Source of the DNA: an uncultured Candidatus Poseidoniales archaeon | Lineage (GTDB): Archaea > Thermoplasmatota > Poseidoniia > Poseidoniales > Thalassarchaeaceae | Assembly: GCA_964342625.1 (NCBI GenBank) | Contig: CAYFGC010000002.1 | Location: forward strand, 1 to 42,649 | DNA length: 42,649 bases | Direction: 5' to 3' | Shown: positions 9,072 through 18,078 of the stretch, piece by piece | Layout of the letters: each line of letters opens with the position of its first letter | Position numbering within the stretch: position 1 is the first letter of the stretch | Made by a program: the position numbers and the translations under genes | The notes under the pieces: model-generated | The model's input: only the letters and a program-made list of their open reading frames with translations | Databases searched by the model: none | Told to the model about the DNA's origin: nothing

Positions 9072-12000
9072 ATGCAAGCAGCCTCGCGCGCCATGCTGAT
9101 GGTAGCGGCCTTGGCATTAGCACCGTTAGCCTGCTCCCTGACAGTGGCAGACCTTGCTAACGCCGATTCATACACAGAAGAATCCTCTGTGCAAGCCAGA
9201 AACACAGGATCCACCGATGTACCGGACTGGAGAGTCAACGACAACTGGATGTACGACGGCTATCTCGATGTGGCGGACTTCGTAGCTGGATCTGGAGTCT
9301 CCACAAATGTCGAGACTCTGGATGGTTCGCTAGACAGAACGGTCCAGGATATATTCCTAGCAGATATCAGCGGAGACGAATCACTTGTCTACGAGGTGGT
9401 CTCAGTGGGAGAGTACGAGTCAGACGGCTCAATAGAACTCGATGGTGTAAATGGATGCCTGTACGTAGACATGGAAACTACCGAGATAATCCGATCCTCC
9501 GATTTGGCAACCTTCTCTCAGAGTGTCACCATTGACGCATATTTCGATCCTTGGTGCTGGTCCGCACTACGGCAAACAATCGGCGAACTGAGCGTAGAGA
9601 ACACTTTCAATCCCCCTCTGGAGAACTACGACTTTCCTCTCTCAGTCGGCGAGTCATGGGGTATGGACTACGAACAGGAGACTGATTACAGCGGCAGTAG
9701 CAATTACGTGGATATCCCGGACGACACGAGCGATTCCAACTCCACCAGTTGGGCGGTCGTCAGCCAAGGTAACTCCGGCGTCTCATTTCCCGGATGCTAT
9801 CAGTCATTCAACGTGACGTCCTATGACTCGGATGGGGACGAGACGGGTTTCAACTGGTATTGCCCAGCGATTAGAGGGGAAGTAAAGAGCTCAATCGAAC
9901 AGGCATTCGGATTCATCGCTGTCCATGAGCTAGTAAGCTACCAACCAGTTACTAGGGGGAAGGAGATATCGATAGACATCGAATACCCACTTTCGCCTAC
10001 TGACATAGAGATATCAGCATGGCTCAATGTCACGGAACAGGGGCAAGGAGTCGCAAACCAGAATCTTCAGTTCCGTTACGAATCTGAGGATGAGGTACAG
10101 AACGTAACCACGGATGAAAACGGCTCCTACCATTTGACTTTCAACTCTGGAGACAAACCCGACGACACCCATGGATCCGGAGAACTCGGTAGCCACGGTT
10201 TGATTGCTTGGACACACCTTGGCGGTAAGATTCTGGGGACAAAATCTCTGGTCATAGACTCCGAAGTTCATGAGATAGACTTGGTCGCCAGATCTTCTGC
10301 CGTAACCGTTCAGAGACTACGCCCGTCAACTGGAAACGAGGTTACGCTAGACTCATCCATTGGATTTACGGCAATTTCTGGAGACATCCTAACATTCTCC
10401 GTCCCAGTTTTGAACCGAGGTTTGATCCAGTCGCCCTACTCCACTATTGTCATCAGCGCCCCTGACGGATCAGAAGTTTCAGGAACTGTGCCCCCACTAG
10501 GGAGCCTGCAGGAATCGCGGGTTCTTGTCGATTGGACAATCCCCGAATCCCAGACCTTCGGAAACGTCTACCTTTTCTTCGAGGTAGATCCCCTGGAGGA
10601 GATTACCCAGGACGGGAACAGATCAAACAATCTAGGATCATTCGTACTATATGTGGGGGCCCTCCCAATTTCGGACCTCTCCATTCCAAACGACACCCTG
10701 ACAAACGAGGCGGTGACATTGGACGCCAGTTCGTCTTACGACCCAGACGGGGGTATCATAGGGTGCGAATTCAATATCGAAAAGGTAGATGGCTCCTTTG
10801 CCCAGTTATTCGATGATGACTGTATTGTCGAATGGTCTTGGGTAGACGATGGCACCTTCGCAGTTTCAGTTCTGGTCACGGACGATGAGAGCGACCAGTC
10901 AACTACCAACTCCACGATAACGGTCCTCAATCGTCCTCCTGTGGTCATCATCGGTTCGAATTATGACCAGATAGTGGTCACTACGCCGATAACATTCTCC
11001 GTGGCAGAAATCAGCGACAATGACACGATGAATCCTTCCGCGCCCGTGGAGCTCCTATGGGGCGCCGAGTGCTCAGAGGGACAGGTTGGCCAGTCATGCA
11101 CCGTGACCCCAATGGTCGAGGGAGAGCTGACCATCGAGGTCATGGCAACCGATGATGACGGCGCAACCACCGTCGCAGAACACTCAGTACAAGTCACAAA
11201 TATAGCACCCTCCAACCCAGTCGCAGAACTATACAGAGGTGAGGAGAGGCTCTTCCCAGATAGCCGCGGAGTCTTCACAGTCTACGAAGGAGATGAAATA
11301 ACCCTCTGGGGGCAGGCAGATGACTCGTCAAACGACATCGAAAGCCTCGTCCATGTGTGGAAGCCTGATGCAGAGCACCAACCCGATATCAACTCAACCA
11401 GTACCGGCTTCAGGAGCACTCTCTCCGGAGTCTCATACAACACATCAGGAATGCACCTGGCCACTCTACAGGTCTTCGATGATGACGGGGAGGGAACGGA
11501 GATCCTGATCGTACCAATACAGGTCGTCAATGTAATCCCGGCGATTTCTCCAATGACAACCATCCTCGGCGATCTTGAGGAGGACCAGGAGTTCACCATC
11601 AGCCCCATTGTCTCTGACACTGGAAATGACTCTGATTCTCTAATACACTGCTTCGATCTAGACCCCTCAACCGACATTGACTCGGATGGCGTCACCGAGA
11701 ACGACTGCGACGTGCAGTCAACCTCGCTAATTCACTCATGGCCGGACTCTTATTCAGCACCCAGCTCGATAGTTTTCCATGTCACTGACGATGACGGTGC
11801 ATCAGAATCGCTGGAGTTCACCTTCGTTGTCATCAACTCCCCCCCAGAGGCATTTGCATCGGTCAGCATCACCAATCCAACGGCAGGGGACTCGGTCATA
11901 CTATCGGCAAATGGCACAGTCGACTCCCAAGCGGACATGGACTCCTTGGTATTCCACTGGGACATCGACATCACCGTCGACTCGGATGGGGATGGAAACC

Positions 12001-12527
12001 CTGCAAACGACATCGACTACACAGGCAGGTGGATAGAGTTCTCCTATGACTCAGGAGGTCCTAAGAAGGCACAACTAACCGTGCTTGACGATAGCTCCAG
12101 TCACTCAGTAATCATGGACTTGGAGGTGGCCGACAAGCCAGTCACGATTTCCGGCACTATTCGATCAAGTATCGGCCTGATAATCATCGTGCTTGCAGCA
12201 GCCTCGTTGGCCGCTTGGACATTCCTAAGGCCCGCTTCTAGGGATGAGAAAGAGATGCCGACACTGCCTCGGGAGATGGACATGGACGCTGCATTCGACG
12301 AGCCCGCGGAACCATCCGTGACCACCAGCCCGTTCGAAGCGTCCCCCGGGACCGCCCAACACCCTGAGGACCCAACGATACTGGAGGGTCTGGATGATGT
12401 CCTCGAAGAACTCACTGGTCGAAAACAAGAGGATAATCCCCTCTCAGAATTGCCCTCGGCACCAAATCTCGAGGAGCAAAAGGCCCATCTTGATCTCGCA
12501 GACATAGAAGCACTCTTTGAGGAGTAG
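9072..12527 (+). CDS. Large cell-surface protein: signal peptide, N-terminal domain, CARDB domain, about 6 PKD-like repeats, a single TM anchor and an acidic cytoplasmic tail
   Basis: Signal 'MLMVAALALAPLACSL'. CARDB-like 'VLNRGL...FFEVDPLEEITQDGNRSNN'. Repeated PKD signatures ('LDASSSYDPDGG', and units ending VTDDESD / ATDDDGA / VFDDDGE / VTDDDGA / VLDDSSS followed by V.N..P). TM 'IGLIIIVLAAASLAAWTFL', then a roughly 110-aa Glu/Asp/Pro-rich tail. Confidence 0.85.
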   Translation: MQAASRAMLMVAALALAPLACSLTVADLANADSYTEESSVQARNTGSTDVPDWRVNDNWMYDGYLDVADFVAGSGVSTNVETLDGSLDRTVQDIFLADISGDESLVYEVVSVGEYESDGSIELDGVNGCLYVDMETTEIIRSSDLATFSQSVTIDAYFDPWCWSALRQTIGELSVENTFNPPLENYDFPLSVGESWGMDYEQETDYSGSSNYVDIPDDTSDSNSTSWAVVSQGNSGVSFPGCYQSFNVTSYDSDGDETGFNWYCPAIRGEVKSSIEQAFGFIAVHELVSYQPVTRGKEISIDIEYPLSPTDIEISAWLNVTEQGQGVANQNLQFRYESEDEVQNVTTDENGSYHLTFNSGDKPDDTHGSGELGSHGLIAWTHLGGKILGTKSLVIDSEVHEIDLVARSSAVTVQRLRPSTGNEVTLDSSIGFTAISGDILTFSVPVLNRGLIQSPYSTIVISAPDGSEVSGTVPPLGSLQESRVLVDWTIPESQTFGNVYLFFEVDPLEEITQDGNRSNNLGSFVLYVGALPISDLSIPNDTLTNEAVTLDASSSYDPDGGIIGCEFNIEKVDGSFAQLFDDDCIVEWSWVDDGTFAVSVLVTDDESDQSTTNSTITVLNRPPVVIIGSNYDQIVVTTPITFSVAEISDNDTMNPSAPVELLWGAECSEGQVGQSCTVTPMVEGELTIEVMATDDDGATTVAEHSVQVTNIAPSNPVAELYRGEERLFPDSRGVFTVYEGDEITLWGQADDSSNDIESLVHVWKPDAEHQPDINSTSTGFRSTLSGVSYNTSGMHLATLQVFDDDGEGTEILIVPIQVVNVIPAISPMTTILGDLEEDQEFTISPIVSDTGNDSDSLIHCFDLDPSTDIDSDGVTENDCDVQSTSLIHSWPDSYSAPSSIVFHVTDDDGASESLEFTFVVINSPPEAFASVSITNPTAGDSVILSANGTVDSQADMDSLVFHWDIDITVDSDGDGNPANDIDYTGRWIEFSYDSGGPKKAQLTVLDDSSSHSVIMDLEVADKPVTISGTIRSSIGLIIIVLAAASLAAWTFLRPASRDEKEMPTLPREMDMDAAFDEPAEPSVTTSPFEASPGTAQHPEDPTILEGLDDVLEELTGRKQEDNPLSELPSAPNLEEQKAHLDLADIEALFEE

Positions 12528-12541
12528 TTCTCGGAGACCCC

Positions 12542-13012
12542 GTGGTCAACCTATTCAGACTTCTCGGACTTCCCAACCCGAACACCACCCCGAAGGCGAA
12601 AAATGGCTCTTTTTTGGGTGCTACCGAACCTGGCCCGAAGGCTGGAAACAGATTTCACGATCTCGGGGAGTCAAGGTGGGCAGAAAGGACAGAGAGGATT
12701 ACTGAGAGGCCTTCTAGGAGGGTGATTTACATGGAGCCGGATGGTCTTCATCGACTTCAGCTGGATGGTATCGAGGGTAACCTATCCGTCGGAGACATGG
12801 TGATCATCGATCTGCATTCCTTGAATCACATGCCTAGTCAGCAATCAGTCTGCTCCAGGAGAGCCCAGGAATTGGGAGATAGGACAAATCTCCCGGTCTT
12901 CGCCCTGAATGAGGACGACTCTCTCCTGATGATTGCTGGGGCAAAGATGAGAGTCGACACCCACAAGCACAGGCTCGGCTCACCCGCATTAGATAGGGCC
13001 ATAGACAACTAG
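12542..13012 (+). CDS. Hypothetical protein, possibly SepF-like (DUF552) cell-division protein; start uncertain (GTG 12542 or ATG 12731)
   Basis: Amphipathic N-terminus 'MVNLFRLLGL', a Pro/Gly/Lys linker, then a core 'VIYMEP..L.....IEGNLSVGDMVIIDLHSL...ELGDRTNLPVFALNEDDSLLMIAGAKMRV' resembling the SepF alpha/beta core. Strong SD-like AGGAGGGTGAT at 12716-12726 precedes the internal ATG at 12731. Confidence 0.5.
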   Translation: MVNLFRLLGLPNPNTTPKAKNGSFLGATEPGPKAGNRFHDLGESRWAERTERITERPSRRVIYMEPDGLHRLQLDGIEGNLSVGDMVIIDLHSLNHMPSQQSVCSRRAQELGDRTNLPVFALNEDDSLLMIAGAKMRVDTHKHRLGSPALDRAIDN

Positions 13013-13034
13013 TCCGAACTCTGCCTCAAGATTA

Positions 13035-13238
13035 TCACTCTTCTTCCAACCAAGAATCAAGGTCTCCTCTGGAGACCTCCATTACTGCATGCTCGGTGAA
13101 ATCACGATATGCTGACCATCTGGATATCTCCTCCTCTTGGTCCCCTCTCTTGGTCTTCCTGTCAATGGAGTCATTCGCATATCTTACGCATCTCCTAAGG
13201 AATGAGACCACTAGATTCCTACGCTCTTCAATGCTCAT
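13035..13238 (-). CDS. Small acidic hypothetical protein (67 aa)
   Basis: ORF begins 4 nt downstream of the bcp stop on the same strand. Composition is non-repetitive and charged. I recognise no family. Confidence 0.4.
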   Translation of the reverse strand: MSIEERRNLVVSFLRRCVRYANDSIDRKTKRGDQEEEISRWSAYRDFTEHAVMEVSRGDLDSWLEEE

Positions 13239-13242
13239 GTCA

Positions 13243-13719
13243 TCATACCTTCAGAGTCTCAATTAGAGCCTCGACGTGTCCCTTCGCCCTGACTCCGTAC
13301 CCCGCCCATGCGATAGTCCCATCCGTCTCGATTGCGAAGGTTGACCTCAGAGTCCCCATGTACGTCTTTCCATACATGTTCTTCTCCCTCCAAGTCCCAT
13401 ACTTCTCGTGAAGTGCAGCCTCCTCGTCCAAAACCAGGTCAAATGGTAACTCATGCTTGTCAATGAACTTCTGGTGAGACTTAGCGCTGTCAGTGGAGAC
13501 TCCGATAACCCTCCAGCCACTGCCCTCGAATCTTTCGAAACTGTCCCTGAAGTCACAGGCTTGAGTAGTGCACCCCGGGGTGTTGTCTCTTGGATAGAAG
13601 TACAGAATCGCCTTCCCCCCATCGGATAGAATCTCCGAAAGTGAGATTATCGAGCCGTCAGTAACTTCCACTTCGAAGTCAGGGGCCTTGTCCCCAACCG
13701 CCAACTCCACTGTTGCCAT
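13243..13719 (-). CDS. bcp: Peroxiredoxin, Bcp/PrxQ type (AhpC/TSA family)
   Basis: 'ILYFYPRDNTPGCTTQACDFRD' carries the peroxidatic Cys motif (PxxxTxxC), with a second Cys 5 residues downstream. 158 aa. Confidence 0.9.
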   Translation of the reverse strand: MATVELAVGDKAPDFEVEVTDGSIISLSEILSDGGKAILYFYPRDNTPGCTTQACDFRDSFERFEGSGWRVIGVSTDSAKSHQKFIDKHELPFDLVLDEEAALHEKYGTWREKNMYGKTYMGTLRSTFAIETDGTIAWAGYGVRAKGHVEALIETLKV

Positions 13720-13756
13720 GAATTCGCGTGTAGAACCAGCCTCATGAAGGCTACCA

Positions 13757-14320
13757 TCATTCGATATAGGATTTCAGAGTGACCGATGCTGGCATTGATG
13801 GCGGCTCACTGAAACCGAAGCATGCATCAATCTCGAACTCTTTACTTTCTCCCAGGTCATTCCCCTCGAAACTCGCTTCAGCCTTCAGAATGCGGGAAAG
13901 CGATCTAACGGAGTACCACTCTCTTCTGCCATTCCTCGTCACTCCGTGGGTCCTCGTCCCGAAAAGAATCCTGCCGAAAAGGGCCTCGAAACTTGCGATG
14001 AACCATAGTGGCCTCCAGAAGGGGAGTGGGAATGGCGCGCCCCAAGTGATTTTGATAGCCAAACCTCCCGCGTTGATCGAGACCTTCCTCCTCTCCCTCT
14101 CTACTGTAATCTCCGTTACTTCCACATCTTCAAAGTTGTATAGTTCCGAGACGTACTCAGCATGCCTCTCAGATGGAGATAATAGAACCCTACTCCCGTC
14201 TGGCTTAGCCCACATCACATTGGTGAAACTCCCCAAGGGCGACTCCCTCCAGTCTCCTATGACTACCCTGTCACCAGTAGAGAAGCCAGTAGATGTTATT
14301 CTTCCAACAAAGACGTCCAT
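13757..14320 (-). CDS. Conserved-looking hypothetical protein (187 aa), abutting nth
   Basis: The start ATG at 14320-14318 directly abuts the nth stop at 14323-14321. Composition is balanced and protein-like, unlike the Ser/Leu/Pro-rich antisense ORF 13779..14429. Confidence 0.6.
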   Translation of the reverse strand: MDVFVGRITSTGFSTGDRVVIGDWRESPLGSFTNVMWAKPDGSRVLLSPSERHAEYVSELYNFEDVEVTEITVERERRKVSINAGGLAIKITWGAPFPLPFWRPLWFIASFEALFGRILFGTRTHGVTRNGRREWYSVRSLSRILKAEASFEGNDLGESKEFEIDACFGFSEPPSMPASVTLKSYIE

Positions 14321-14968
14321 TCAACCACCCATCTCCTCCTTCATCCTCTTCTTTGTGGCAGCCCACGAACAAATAGGGCACTCTGTCAGATTGTGCCTTA
14401 GTGCTGGACAGTGCTCCCTCCCGAAGTAGATAATCTGCAGATGCCTTCTATTCCAAGTCTCCTCGGGGAAGACTGCTTTCAGGTCCTCCTCGGTCTTCGT
14501 CACATTCCTCCCATCGGACAGGCCCCACCTCGCCGCTAACCGGTGAATGTGAGTGTCAACGGGGAAAGCAGGAATCCCGAAAGCCTGGCTCATTACCACG
14601 CTTGCTGTCTTGTGTCCAACTCCGGCCAAAGACTCGAGGAAGTCCCAATCGGGCCTCACTCCCCCTCCGTCTTCCAGAATCTGCTCCGCCATCCTTCGGA
14701 GGTTCTTTGCCTTGGTCGGGGCCAGTCCGATTTCACGAATGATGCTGTGGATCTCATCCACTTCCAGCAAGGCCATTTCCTCAGGGCTCCCAGCCGCCTC
14801 GAACAGCCTAGGAGTGACCTCGTTCACCTTCTTATCTGTCGTCTGGGCGGACAGCATCACCGCAACAAGCAGGGTGTATGGGTCGACATGATCCAGAGGA
14901 ATCGGAGTCTCAGGGTACATCTCATCGAGTTTGTCACCGATAATGCCGGCCTTCTCCGCTCGGCGCAA
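14321..14968 (-). CDS. nth: Endonuclease III (HhH-GPD DNA glycosylase with a [4Fe-4S] cluster loop)
   Basis: 'LLVAVMLSAQTTD', HhH 'LAGVGHKTASVVM', 'PVDTHIHRL' and C-terminal Cys cluster 'CPALRHNLTECPICSW'. Confidence 0.9.
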   Translation of the reverse strand: MRRAEKAGIIGDKLDEMYPETPIPLDHVDPYTLLVAVMLSAQTTDKKVNEVTPRLFEAAGSPEEMALLEVDEIHSIIREIGLAPTKAKNLRRMAEQILEDGGGVRPDWDFLESLAGVGHKTASVVMSQAFGIPAFPVDTHIHRLAARWGLSDGRNVTKTEEDLKAVFPEETWNRRHLQIIYFGREHCPALRHNLTECPICSWAATKKRMKEEMGG

Positions 14969-14970
14969 CC

Positions 14971-15177
14971 TCAGACCTCCAGATCCGGGCTCCTTTCATC
15001 CCTCCAGCCAATCATCGCCCCAGCGGCAACGCATCCGAAAAACGGTGCATAGCAGGACAACCATAGCTTGGCGCTCCATTCCTCTGGGCTTCCACTGAGG
15101 ATCCATCCAAATAGGGAGAGAAGGGCTCCAGGGATAATCGCGAGAGTACCGAACAACACGGCCCTGCCAAGTCCCAT
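14971..15177 (-). CDS. Small membrane protein (2 TM, 68 aa)
   Basis: Two hydrophobic helices. The stop lies 2 nt upstream of the nth start on the same strand, which suggests co-transcription. Confidence 0.5.
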   Translation of the reverse strand: MGLGRAVLFGTLAIIPGALLSLFGWILSGSPEEWSAKLWLSCYAPFFGCVAAGAMIGWRDERSPDLEV

Positions 15178-15207
15178 GGCATTAACGAGGCACTACCAGA
15201 CTTGACT

Positions 15208-16845
15208 CTAACGGGACTTCTCCTTCACTACCCATTTCGCCATAATGCCCGTCTGGACCATGGAAAGTAACGCAGCCCACCAGATCCACTTGGGGAGGCC
15301 CCATGCCCATGTCTCGCTATCTTCCCACCACCAGAAGTCCTGAGCAAGGACGAAAACCGCTACTAGGCCCAACATAGGTGCAATTTTCCCAGAAACAATT
15401 TGGCCTAACCAATCTAGCCTAATCTTCCTACTGCATGCATACTGGACGGAGACCAAACCAATTATGGCAGCCAAAAGTGATGGAATTACTGCGATCGGTC
15501 CCGCATTCGGCCCTAATGGTTCCACCCACCATCCTGCGAATGACTCCGGTGAGAAATATGCCAGAAGAACAACCGACTCTCCTGCAGCGATAGATGCAAT
15601 AACCGCCCTGCCGTCGATATCATCGAAATGGGATGCCGAGAAAACAGAGGGGAACATCACGGCGTACATCGAGAAGGCAAGTAGACCCAAGTCCAGAATG
15701 GATAAATCAGACCATAGTGAAAGAAGAAGTCCCAGAACTGCCAGGGAGACGATTACTGATTCTCTGGGCAAACCCTCGCTATCTCCCTTTGGAACTAGGT
15801 CCCTGGTTACCAGTGACCCAGTGGCGAGAAGCTGCGAGTCCATTGTGGACATCAGTGCCGCTAGGCCAGCCACCAGAACCAGGCCCCCGAGCCACTCGCC
15901 CCCAACATCCATGATCATCAGGGGGAGGATTTTGTCAGTTTCTGTTTTCCCAACAAGTTCGGGATAATCCAGGTGGCCCAATGTGCCAATCAATATTGGG
16001 GGGAGGAAAGCCAGCCATGCTACAGCGGGGTAAAGCGTCGCCATCCTTCCAATCGCATAATCACTTTCCGCGGCACAAAGCCTCTGGTACAACTGGGGGA
16101 ACATCGGATCGGCGAAAAGCCAGAGAATCATCGTGCTCGACCAGATTAGTAAAGTGTAGTTGCCATCCCTTCCTAGCAATCCAGAGGTCCCCTCTGAAGA
16201 TGAAATAGACTCCAACGCAACGCCGAGACCGCCTGCATCGTTGATCACCATTGCTAGTCCGAGCCAGAGGAGAGCCAGTGCGATCGCACCCTGCACTGCA
16301 TCGGTCCTAACTACCGCCTTCAAGCCCCCCGTGAGGGTGTAGCCAACCACCAGGACAGTGACCAGCACGGCTCCGACCCACTCTGGCCCACCGAATAGCG
16401 CTGAGACGACAATACCTGCGGCCCGAGGCTGTAGTGCAAGATACGGGATCGTGGCTATCACAAGAACCGAGGCCATGGTCAGCTGTGCATTTCTGCAACC
16501 AGTCTGCCCGAGTACCATCTCTGGAGCCGTCATCGCCCCGTGCTCCACCGATCGGGCCCTGACCTTCCGGCCCAGTATGTACATCGAAACCGCCATGAAG
16601 CCGGTTCCAAATGCCATTATCGGAAGGAAAGATAACCCGATCCTGTAAGAAGCCCCACTCGAGCCATATACCGTGAAGGCACTGAAGTTTGTCGCTGCCA
16701 TGGTAATCAGAAGGATGGGCCCAGAAAGGCTCCTTCCAGCTAGGTAGTAAGACTCGTCCTCCTTGCCCAGGTCCCTTCGTGCCCAAATGGCGAATGCTAC
16801 CATCGCAATTGCATAGCCGCCGACAATCAACCAAGCAGTAGCCAC
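15208..16845 (-). CDS. Sodium:solute symporter family (SSS) transporter
   Basis: 545 aa with about 13 TM. N-terminal signature 'YYLAGRSLSGPILLITMAATNFSAFTVYGSSGASYRIG'. Confidence 0.88.
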   Translation of the reverse strand: MATAWLIVGGYAIAMVAFAIWARRDLGKEDESYYLAGRSLSGPILLITMAATNFSAFTVYGSSGASYRIGLSFLPIMAFGTGFMAVSMYILGRKVRARSVEHGAMTAPEMVLGQTGCRNAQLTMASVLVIATIPYLALQPRAAGIVVSALFGGPEWVGAVLVTVLVVGYTLTGGLKAVVRTDAVQGAIALALLWLGLAMVINDAGGLGVALESISSSEGTSGLLGRDGNYTLLIWSSTMILWLFADPMFPQLYQRLCAAESDYAIGRMATLYPAVAWLAFLPPILIGTLGHLDYPELVGKTETDKILPLMIMDVGGEWLGGLVLVAGLAALMSTMDSQLLATGSLVTRDLVPKGDSEGLPRESVIVSLAVLGLLLSLWSDLSILDLGLLAFSMYAVMFPSVFSASHFDDIDGRAVIASIAAGESVVLLAYFSPESFAGWWVEPLGPNAGPIAVIPSLLAAIIGLVSVQYACSRKIRLDWLGQIVSGKIAPMLGLVAVFVLAQDFWWWEDSETWAWGLPKWIWWAALLSMVQTGIMAKWVVKEKSR

Positions 16846-16896
16846 GTCAACGCCCTGGGGACTCCCAGCATTATCTTGACTGTCTCTGGCGGTTCA

Positions 16897-17466
16897 TCAC
16901 CAGGGGAACTTGTATACCCAAATCACGAAGTCGTTCAGGATGCATTGAATCGCTAGCATGATTGCACCGACAATCATCAGCCCGGAACCATCGACCCCAT
17001 CCTGGTACGCCCCATATGCCAGAAGTCCTAGCATTATGTTCCCGACAGATGTGAGCAGAAGCGTCCCGATTACGAGGTACTGGGTCCATCCGTAGTCATT
17101 TTCGATATGCAGAATGGTGCTCTCAATCCACAGTGCTGATGGGATAAGAAATACTGCGTATGCAAGCAGTAAACGCATCTCTCCATTTCCATCAGAATCC
17201 GTCCAGGGCCACCTCAGGGAACTAACCACCGACTCTTCCAACTGGAAGAAAACGATGTACCAGTAAATCAGGAAACCCAGTGCGGCCACGAACATGAACG
17301 GTACGATGTACGTCCTCCATGCTTCGGGAACACCTCCCCACAGTTCCATGGGCCTCTCAGCATGGGACAAACCGTAAACGTACGAGGCCAGAACAAGGGG
17401 CCCGAAAATGAAGGTGAAAGCTAGAACCAACTGGCGAGTAATTTCCATGAACGTCGCAACCTGCAT
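16897..17466 (-). CDS. Integral membrane protein (about 5-6 TM), unknown function
   Basis: 189-aa hydrophobic ORF directly upstream of, and co-directional with, the SSS transporter. Confidence 0.6.
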   Translation of the reverse strand: MQVATFMEITRQLVLAFTFIFGPLVLASYVYGLSHAERPMELWGGVPEAWRTYIVPFMFVAALGFLIYWYIVFFQLEESVVSSLRWPWTDSDGNGEMRLLLAYAVFLIPSALWIESTILHIENDYGWTQYLVIGTLLLTSVGNIMLGLLAYGAYQDGVDGSGLMIVGAIMLAIQCILNDFVIWVYKFPW

Positions 17467-17506
17467 CCACTCATAAAATCAAAGCCACATACCCGTTCGT
17501 GGAACC

Positions 17507-18028
17507 GTGTCCGAGGACTTGGAGGAGCCAGATTACGAGGTGACGGCGTCTCATTCCGGATTCGAGGTCAGGAGTTACTCCGACACTATCCAGGCCAGGG
17601 TTAGGACAGAAGGAACGAACTGGCGCGGTTCCAGCGGTGGGTTTCGCAGGATTGCCGGTTACATCTTCGGCAGGAACGAGAGAGAGCAGATGATAGCTAT
17701 GACCGCCCCAGTCCACATCTGGGAAGAGGGGAATGGGACCATGATGGCATTCACGATGCCTTCCGAGTACTCCATGGAAGACCTCCCCAGCCCAAACGAT
17801 AGCGGAGTTCATCTTGTCAATGCATCAGGGAGGTCATTCGCCGCCCTGAAGTTCACTGGTCTGTCAGGAACCAGGAAGACAGAACGTCTGAAGAAACGCC
17901 TCATGGGTCTCTTGTCCAAAAATGGACTTGTGGCATCGGGTCCAGCGATGCTGGCAGTTTACGACAATCCAAACACCACTCTTCCCTTCTTGCGGAGGAA
18001 CGAGATCCTAATTCCTATCCATGATTAG
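17507..18028 (+). CDS. SOUL/HBP heme-binding family protein
   Basis: 'EEPDYEV...GFEVRSY', 'GFRRIAGYIFGRNE...IAMTAPV', 'MAFTMPSEY' and 'LAVYDNPNTTLPFLRRNEILIPI' match SOUL-family hallmarks. GTG start. Confidence 0.8.
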   Translation: MSEDLEEPDYEVTASHSGFEVRSYSDTIQARVRTEGTNWRGSSGGFRRIAGYIFGRNEREQMIAMTAPVHIWEEGNGTMMAFTMPSEYSMEDLPSPNDSGVHLVNASGRSFAALKFTGLSGTRKTERLKKRLMGLLSKNGLVASGPAMLAVYDNPNTTLPFLRRNEILIPIHD

Positions 18029-18078
18029 TCCGAGACCGATGCGATAATTCGATTACCCGTCTTATCGTCCAATGTCCA

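Noticed and set aside
10674-12100. Periodic repetition that might have been a DNA tandem repeat or array
   Set aside because: The periodicity is at the protein level (about six PKD-like domains of about 85-100 aa) and the nucleotide sequences are diverged. It is not a CRISPR, satellite or recent duplication.
13779-14429. 216-aa plus-strand ORF overlapping the 187-aa gene and the nth 3' end
   Set aside because: It has Ser/Leu/Pro-rich antisense-type composition and would break the tightly coupled minus-strand gene string that includes the well-supported nth.
14543-16834. Antisense ORFs 14543..15052, 14553..14891, 15464..15967 and 16307..16834 opposite nth and the SSS transporter
   Set aside because: They overlap strongly supported genes, have low-complexity composition and show no family resemblance.
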